NCBI RefSeq assembly: GCF_009834535.1
Contig: NC_045697.1
Coordinates: forward strand, 35,032,001 to 35,096,000
Source of the DNA: Camelus ferus
Lineage: Eukaryota
Direction: 5' to 3'
Length of the DNA: 64,000 bases
Shown here piece by piece: positions 55,657-64,000 of the stretch. The position numbers were made by a program, and so were the translations under genes. Numbering within the stretch: the stretch's first letter is position 1; every line of letters starts with the position of its first letter. The notes under the pieces were generated by a model. It ran no database searches. It was not told where the DNA came from and saw only the letters and a program-made list of their open reading frames with translations.

Positions 55657-57301
55657 CTAAAACTTAACAAACAGGAACCAATTCATGAAATTTCTGCTGA
55701 ATAGAGCCTTAATGTAAGTTAAGGGTTAATGGTCAAGACAACTATGTTCCAAATATTCATGCTAAGTGGCTCTTATCTTGGCCTGGCAGATTAACACAGC
55801 CATTAATGCAAATGGACAATACGCCAGAAATATTTAACAGAAGGTAAGGGTTCAAAGAAAATAGAGCATTTTAAATGAAAGCCTTAAGACAAAAAAAACA
55901 GTTAAGGTACTGCGAAAGAACTGCAAATATGTTAGGTGGAAATGTATATATATATGTGTATATATATATAAAAACATTCCAACAAGCAACAGAAAAGTGT
56001 GAATTGTCATGAAACAAAAGCAACCTTCCAGAAACACTTAAATGCGTGTCTTAAAATATTTTATTAAAAGTTTGAAGAATCATACTACCCAGCAAATGAT
56101 CAATTAATTTACTTTCAGTATCTAAGTCTATACAAATTATCAAAATCAGGACAGAAAACAATATGATGTACTTAATTAGATAAAACTTTTTTTCGTGTTG
56201 CATGACATTAAGAATTTAACCAGCTTGATTGTTTTTCAAAGACTTCTACTTTCTGTATACCTTACTAGGAAATCAAGATATTTTTCAAAATGATAAACAA
56301 AATCATAAAAAAAAAATCTAGGATAATGTCCAGTGGATCATTTCCGAAGTGAGAAAGAAGAGGCAGCCCTATTTCTCACAGTATCACGATGAACTGTAGG
56401 GCCAGAGACAAGTCATTTAGTATCTCTGTGCCTCAATTTCATTGTCTTCAAAGTATAAGGTTTCCAGTCGTAACCCTAACTTAGAAGAATAACAGGAAAT
56501 AAAATATCATGTCTGCCATGTTTCTATAACACATAAGCAAAATGCAAATATATTCACATATGCGTCAAAACGGTATTCAAATCAAGCATTCACATGACAT
56601 GCAGATGAGGAATATCCCCAAGTTGTGTGTCAGATATTAACTGTACTCCTGTCCATAGAAGAAAAGAAGATCCTATTTAGATCCTGCGAGCAGAGTATCC
56701 GGGGAAGATAATGATCCTTACATCTCATTGTTTTGTTTTCTGTTAAGAGACTGGACCTGGACCAAATAGTGTCAAATAGTGTCAGGAACAATTATCCCTT
56801 GATTCAAGTCAGAATCATTTCAGGAAATTTCACATCCATGTGGATTCAGCATCTTTCTGTTAGATCTGGCTGGGCATACTTCATTAAATGTGCTTTTAGT
56901 GATATTTTATTATCAAGGCTTTTTTCATATTATTCAGGTTCGAGCCAACATTACTGAATTTTCTCAAAAGAAAACACAAAATAAGGATCTAGGGAGTTCT
57001 GTAAGATTAATTCTCTCAAATTCTAAAGGAGTTTATTTATTAACAAATATTGCTAGATCTAAGATAATAAAAACAATTACTAAAAATACATAATTTTGCA
57101 TTCATTCAGACCAACTAAATTTTTAATAAAAAGTTTATTCATGTCTATGCATGATTCCCGGTAGAAGAAATGAAGTATATATAAGAAAAAGAATGTGGTA
57201 CAGTATTACTATTCAAATGAACTGTAGTATTAAAAATTTTATTATATACTGTTCAGTGTATATGCAGAAGTGAATATACTGTAGTCAGTATTTACAGGTC
57301 A

Positions 57302-57421
<120 letters not shown>

Positions 57422-57614
57422 CTACAGGAGAAAGAAGAGAATGACCATTTTTCCATGAAAAAGCACTGGATATGTAAATTATATTTCAATCACTTTCATA
57501 AACAAAGAAATTCTGTAGCAGTTTTCCCATTTGTAACAAGAAATACAATCCCTGTTTATACCAGTTAAAAAATTCTGGTTTTTGAAGTGAAAAAAAAAAA
57601 GTGAATGAAGGACC

Positions 57615-57790
57615 GCAAATGGCAAAATATCCTTCTTTTTTATGGGTGAGTTGTATTCCATTACATATATATGCTGCATCTTCTTTATTCATTCATCTAT
57701 TGATATGCATTTAGGATGCTTCCATATTTTGGCAATTATAAATAATGTTGCCATTAATAGCAAATGTATGTATCTTTTTGAATTAATGCT
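57615..57790 (-). mobile_element. L1 3' fragment, sense to the gene
   Basis: ORF 57479..57679 QHIYVMEYNSPIKKKDILPFA is an L1 ORF2 tail. Confidence 0.85.
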
Positions 57791-58870
57791 TATTTTGTCG
57801 TTGGCTCTATCCCTTTGATAACTATGTTAGTTTAAAAAGCTAAAGCTCTAAATGTTCTTAGAAACAATGAACAGTACATATATATAAATTTTAAAAATAT
57901 ATGAGATGTATATATGTATTTACATGCGCTATATTGTATATGGGCAGTTTAATTATAACAATTCTACCTAATAAAACTGAAAAATGAAAAAATTGAAATT
58001 AAAAAAAAAAAAAAGAAATACGATCTTGTGGAGTAATCTAACTAAGAATGACAAAGGGCAAATTTTCTATAAGAACAATTTCTTGATCTATCACATCTCC
58101 CCAGGTTAGAAATATGCTATTATTTCTCCCTAGACCCACTGCTCCCTCAACCAGTACAGTCACCCTGGGATCAGAGGACAGATGGGCATTAATGTTTCAG
58201 CTTTCTATTTGTAAGGTGTGTGACTTCAGGGAGGATACGCCAAAATGCTTGAAGCCTCACTTTCCTAACATGTAAAGTTGAGAATCATATCCTATAGAGT
58301 TGTGAGGTTTAAAATAAGATAAAGAATGCAAAGCACTTAGCTCAATGCCTGGCACAATGTTTATTATTATTATACCTCTATCTTAAGTGGCCAAGTATCT
58401 GTCCAATTCTCCAAGCTTTCTCCAAGCTGCATAAAAATTCACAGAATAACCCCTCAAAGTTACTGGACAGTTAAACTGGGGGATAAAATGCCTTAAATCT
58501 CTGAATAGAAAAGATGTAATTAGACAGACAACAGCTCCTAAATAGTCATATGCTTCAGAATACAATTCATCACTAATGTAAAATAAATGAGTTTATGGTT
58601 TAATGTAAGACTACACCCAACTTTTCCTGTATTACAATATATAATTTAAAGCATCTGTCAACACAGGTAAATACCTAGAATGAAGTCTGAATGACCTATC
58701 AAACACAGAGCTAGTAAAATCAAGAACAGAAAGTTGTTTAAAAAAAAAAAAGGAGGAAATAGATATAAAAAAATTTGCCCTTCTGTTGCGCTTTGGATCT
58801 TTTCCAATTTCAATTTTTACAATTCTCTGAAAACTCTACTAAATTCATAAATCAATTACTAAAACTCCTA

Positions 58871-59005
<135 letters not shown>

Positions 59006-59950
59006 CTAGGTAAGGAGATAATACAAAAACAAAGAGAATGGTTACACGCGTTAGACTAAACTATACCAGGATTACGAGACGTTTCTGTAAGGTATGAAAT
59101 TACAGTTAATAATTCACTGAGTATCTGATGCAAGTACCATAATGTGCCAAACGACCAAATGTTAAGTAAATAAGATTAAACCTGGTCCCTGCCCTGAGCG
59201 AACAAGCAGAGAAAGAGGCAAGTGAACAGGCAATGAGGATGCAGTCTAACAGGAGCTGTAAGAGGAAATTCTCAGTGCTCTCAGAGCACCCAGAAGGGGC
59301 CCCTGTGGAAAAACTGCACAACGAAGTAACATCTAAGCTGAATCCAGGATTTCTTTACCTAAAATATTGAAATAGCCTCCCACTTAAGCTCTCTGGCCTT
59401 ATTCCCACTGCTCTGGCCCCTTGCACTGGGATCCAGCCACACTAGCTTCCTTGCTGTTCCAAGAACACGTCAAATATGCTCTTGTCTCAGGATGTCTGCA
59501 CTGGTTCTTTCTGCCTAAGAAGCTCTTACTCCCAATACAGCAATGCCTTACTCCCTCATTCCTTTAGTTTCTGCTCAATTGTCACCATCTCTTTCAAGGT
59601 GGTGGTCCTTCCTAATCACTCTACTTAAAGTTTTAACTCCCTTACCCACCCTCTTCGGCCATTTTTAGGTCCCCACCATGTGTTTCATGCTCCCCATTTT
59701 CACATCCATCATACTGCATATTTTACATACTCGCTTGAGTTTTCTGCACTAGACTTAAACTCTGTAAGAGCAGAGAGTCTTTTCTATCTTGCTCATTGTT
59801 GTACTCCCTGTGTATAAAAGATGTCCTGTCACATAGAAAGCCCTCAATATAATGAATAAATTAAGTAGAGTCCAACAAGAAAAGGAGGCTGGGGGTTATT
59901 AGAGAGGCAAGAATGTTTCAGACAGAAGGAGCTCTTTGCGCAGAGGCTGG

Positions 59951-60400
59951 TGATATAGGCTCAACTGTCCCAAAGTTCAGAGATTAAAGTCCTAACCCCA
60001 CATACTTCATAATGTGACCTTACATGAAAATAGGTCATTGCAGATATAATTAGTTAGGATGAGGTTATACTGGATTGGGGGTGGGAGCTACTCCAGCATG
60101 ACTGGTATCCTTAAAAGGGGGGAGAAATTTTGGACAAAGACATGCACATGAAGAGAACACTGTATGAAGATGAAGGCAGAGATCAGGGTGATACTTCCAT
60201 GAGGCAAGGAATGTCAGAGATTTTCAGTAAACTTCCAGAAGCTAGGCAAGAGGCCTAGAACAGATCTTCCTCACAGCACTCAGAAAATCAACCTGCCAAC
60301 ACCTTGATCTCAGACATCTAGCTTCCATAACTGTGAGACAATAAATTTTTGTTGTTTAAGCCACCTGCTTTGTGGTACTTTGTTAGGGCAGCCCTAATGA
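59951..60400 (+). mobile_element. MLT1-family MaLR solo LTR
   Basis: aatgtgacctta...tgcagatataattagtt...aacaccttgatctcagac...tgtgagacaataaat...tttaagccacc...tggtactttgtt. Confidence 0.88.
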
Positions 60401-61099
60401 ACAAAGAGATCATAAAAGCAAATATGGCATAAAAGAAGAATTAGGCAACATATAAGAATGGAGCATAGTCAAAGGTCTTCCTACAATCTGCTCCTTTTGA
60501 TGAATTACCTTAAAAACATAATCTCAGATAGCTGGCAAAAACAGATTTTCAGACAAGGAGGAAGCACAAACAATCTGGGATGGATAAGCAGTAATTCAAA
60601 TCATTTCTAGGAAAAGAAATTGAAGTGCATGGTAATAGACTAAGCTGACATGGTTTTATAAATGATCATTTTCTTTTTGGTAAAGTGAACCTATTCACAT
60701 GGTTAAAAACTGAGGTAGGAGTGGGGATGGGGAGCTATCTGACTCAAACTACTTACAAACTTATAATTAATGACTTCTATTTATACTCATTAAAAAACCC
60801 ATCAAATATTTAATTATAAGCAAATATTCAAACCAGGTAAAAAAAATCATGCTAACTGATATGACAGCTATCATCAATATTTTAACTTCTTAATTTTTCT
60901 TACAATTCTCTGTTCATCTTTTCTAAACATGGTCTAAAGATAGAACCTGAATACCACAGACCAATCCATATGAATACATAAATTATAAATAATTAATTCG
61001 ATGTTTAAAAATGAAAGCAAAACAGTTAAATTAGACTCTCAATATGAAAATAAATTTCTTCACTATTAAATTTTTAAAATAGAATAAAACCTGGATAAA

Positions 61100-64000
61100 G
61101 TGAATGTTACCAACTTGCATTTCTAGCCAGGATGGTAAAAAGGGGGGCTAGTTAACCCTACGATCTGAAACAACCAAAAAATGAACGAAATATATGAAGT
61201 GACATGCAAAACATTATACATCAGTCAACAAAAGAAAGTAACCCCTGAGGAATGGAAGTTAAATAAGGGAAGCCCTTTAATGGCCACCAGCTTACTGCTG
61301 TGTGAGAGTTTTCAGGGAGCAAACAGAAGTATACCATTGTGCAAAGTTTTTACAAATAAGTGGTATTATTTACTCAACAATATTACTTGAGGTAGACAAC
61401 AATAAGTTAAAGATGTAGACCATGAACAATATAATGATAAAACAATGAGATATAGCTAATAAGCCAAAAAGGAGATGAAAGAATCACAAAATTATTCAAT
61501 TAATTCCCCCCCAAAAAAAGCAGAAGAAAAAGGGAACAAAGAACAGATGCAGAAATAAAAAATATAATCAGAAGATGACAGATTTAAAATAACATTATCG
61601 AAAATCATATTAAGTGTATGTAGTCCCCAGTTAAAAGGCAGAGACTGTCAGACTGGATAAAAAAGCAAGACCCTGCCTACAAAAAAAAAAAAAGTACTTT
61701 AAATATAAAAACACAAGTAGATTAAAAGTTAAAAAATGGAAAAGGATATACTATCCTTACATGATCAAAAGAAAGGAGGAGTGGCTAAATTAGTATCAGA
61801 CAAAGTAGATTTCAGAGGAAAGAATATTATTAGCAGGGATAAGGAAGGTTATTTCAAGATGATAATGGTGTCAAATCAAGAGGATATAACAATCCTAAAC
61901 AAATATGTGCCTCATACTAGAGCTTAAACTTACACAAAGGAAAAACTGACAGAACTATAAAGACAAACAGACAAATCTTCAGTTAGTCAGAGATTTCAAC
62001 ACTCCTCTCTCAAAAATTGATAGAACAAGTAGATAGAAAATCAGCAAGGTTATCACAAAGTTGAAGAACACTATCAACCCATTTGCCCTAATTGATATTG
62101 ATAGAACACTCTCTCCAACAGCAGTATACACAGTCTTTTAAGTGTACATGGAACAGTCATCAAAATAAATAATATTCTAGCTCCCAAACCAAATGTCAAT
62201 GCATCTAATCAGATTCAAGCAAGTAAGTATGTTCTCTAACCACAAATTAAAAATGAATAATCTGAAGATCTTTGGAGAAAAAATAACCCATGGATTTCAA
62301 AAAGGAGAGTAGAAAGTATTTTGAGCTTTATGAAAATGAAAACACAACATGTCAGAATTTGTAAGCTGTCACTGTAGAACTAGTTAGAGGAAAACATAAA
62401 GCATAAATGCTTATATTAGAAAAGAGGAAAGGTCTCAATGACCTCAGCTTCCACCTTAAGAAACTAGGCGGAAAAAAAGAGCAAATTAAAACCAAAGTCA
62501 GTAGAAGAAAGAATAGTTAAAAATCCAAGCAGAAATCAATGAAATAGAAAACTGAAAAACAGAGAACATCAATAAAGTAAAAAACTAGTTCTTCAAGAAG
62601 ATCAACAGAATCAATAAACTTCTAGCCAGAAAGATCAGGAAAAAAGGAGAAAAGTCACAAACTACTAATATTTGGAATGAAGGAGGTCACCACAGATGTT
62701 ACAGGTATTTGAAGAAAATAAGGGAATATTATGAACAACTTTACACCAATAAGTTGGAAAATTCACACAAAATGGACAAACTCCTTAGAAAGACATGAAA
62801 GCTTACTCAAGAAGAAATAGCTGAGCAGCCCTATGTCTTTTGAAGAAAATCATCTGCAGTTAAAAAGCTTCCCACAAGGAAAATCCCAGGCCATAAGGCT
62901 TTACCGGTGAATTCTAGACATAAAGCCAATCCTGCACAAACATTTCTGACATTGCCTTGTCACTAAAACCAAACAAAGGCATTACAGGAAAAGAAAACTA
63001 CAGACCAATAGCCCCATGAACATAGACAGATGCAAAAATCTGCAAAACAAAAAATCTTAGAAATAGTATCTTAAAAAATCTTATCATGGTCAAGAGCTTA
63101 ACCCCAGGAATGGAAGGTTGACCCAATATTTGAAAAAGCAATGAATGTAATTCACCATATTAACAAAAAGCAAAAATGGTATGATTATTTCAGTAGATGG
63201 GGAAGAAAAAAGCATTTCACAAGATCCAAAATTCATTACTGAAAAAAAAACTCTTAACGAACTAGGAACAGAAATAAATTTCCTCATTACGATAAAAGGC
63301 CTCTATGAAAAACCTACAGGTCACATCACACTTCTTGGTAAAAGACTGACAACTTCAGTCCTAAAATGTGAAAGGAGGCAAGTAAGTCTGCTCCCATCAC
63401 TTCTATTTATCATTGTACTGAGAGTCCTAGCCAGTGCAATAAGGCAAAAATAAAATAAAACACACATAATGAAAAATATTTTGGAACACCTGGAAAATGA
63501 AACTTAAAAAAATGCCATTAATAAAATCCCAATCAAATCCCACCAGATTTTTAACTGGCTAGGTGATTCAAGAATTTACAGGGAAATGCAACAGACCTAG
63601 AAGAGTCAAAATTTTTTTGAAAAAAACATAAAGTGAGAAGATGTATACTAACTGCCTTTTAACTTACTACAGTTATTAAGACAGTGTACCACTGTTGTGG
63701 GAATATACACACGGATTATTGGAATAGAACAGAGTCAGGAATAGACCTACACAAATAGAGTTCATTGATTTTTAGACAAAGGAACCAATGTGCTTGGAAA
63801 GAGTTGTCTTGACGACAAATGGTCAAATGGTACACAGGAACAACTGGATGTCATATGCAAAAACAAAACTTCAATCCATACCTCATACCGTATATGAAAT
63901 TAACTCAAAATGGATCACTGACCTAGAAGTAAACCCTAAAACTGAAATACAGAAAACCTTTGTTACCTTGGATTAGGCAAAGACTTCATAGATATGATAC
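61100..64000 (+). mobile_element. Long decayed L1 (ORF2 endonuclease to RT region), runs off the window
   Basis: Fragments KKGGVAKLVSDKVDFR...DKEGYF (endonuclease) and MIISVDGEEK...LLFIIVLRVLASAIRQK (RT); many stops and frameshifts. Confidence 0.92.

Noticed and set aside
55900..55940. Acceptor-like cctaacatatttgcagttctttcgcag
   Set aside because: I could not pair it with a credible donor.
61100..64000. Active L1 or domesticated reverse transcriptase
   Set aside because: ORF2 is broken into short fragments by many stops, frameshifts and deletions.

Overview
This is mammalian genomic DNA covering the middle of the FRYL (FRY-like, furry homolog-like) gene on the minus strand. I traced 37 consecutive GT-AG coding exons from 59005 down to 2281. 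They total 5607 nt and join in one unbroken frame of 1869 codons, from [11 protein letters not shown] to ETASRIAK. The start and stop codons lie outside the window. Introns contain ordinary repeats: L1 3' ends, a long decayed L1, L2, MIR, MER5/MER20/MER58, Tigger1-type, MLT1, and two tRNA-derived SINEs. The SINE and young L1 types suggest a cetartiodactyl, probably a camelid (inference). There is no prokaryotic system or CRISPR array. The most interesting signals are: a tailless tRNA-Arg(TCT) 5'-half retrocopy between perfect 15-bp direct repeats; a candidate in-frame 27-nt microexon; an in-frame alternative donor; two NAGNAG acceptors; candidate poison exons; a possible 3-nt microexon or recursive splice site; a perfect zero-spacer p53-family element; two CTCF motifs; and an L1 inserted next to a splice acceptor. 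Exon boundaries were read base by base. Repeat boundaries and subfamily names are approximate and come from recalled consensus sequences.
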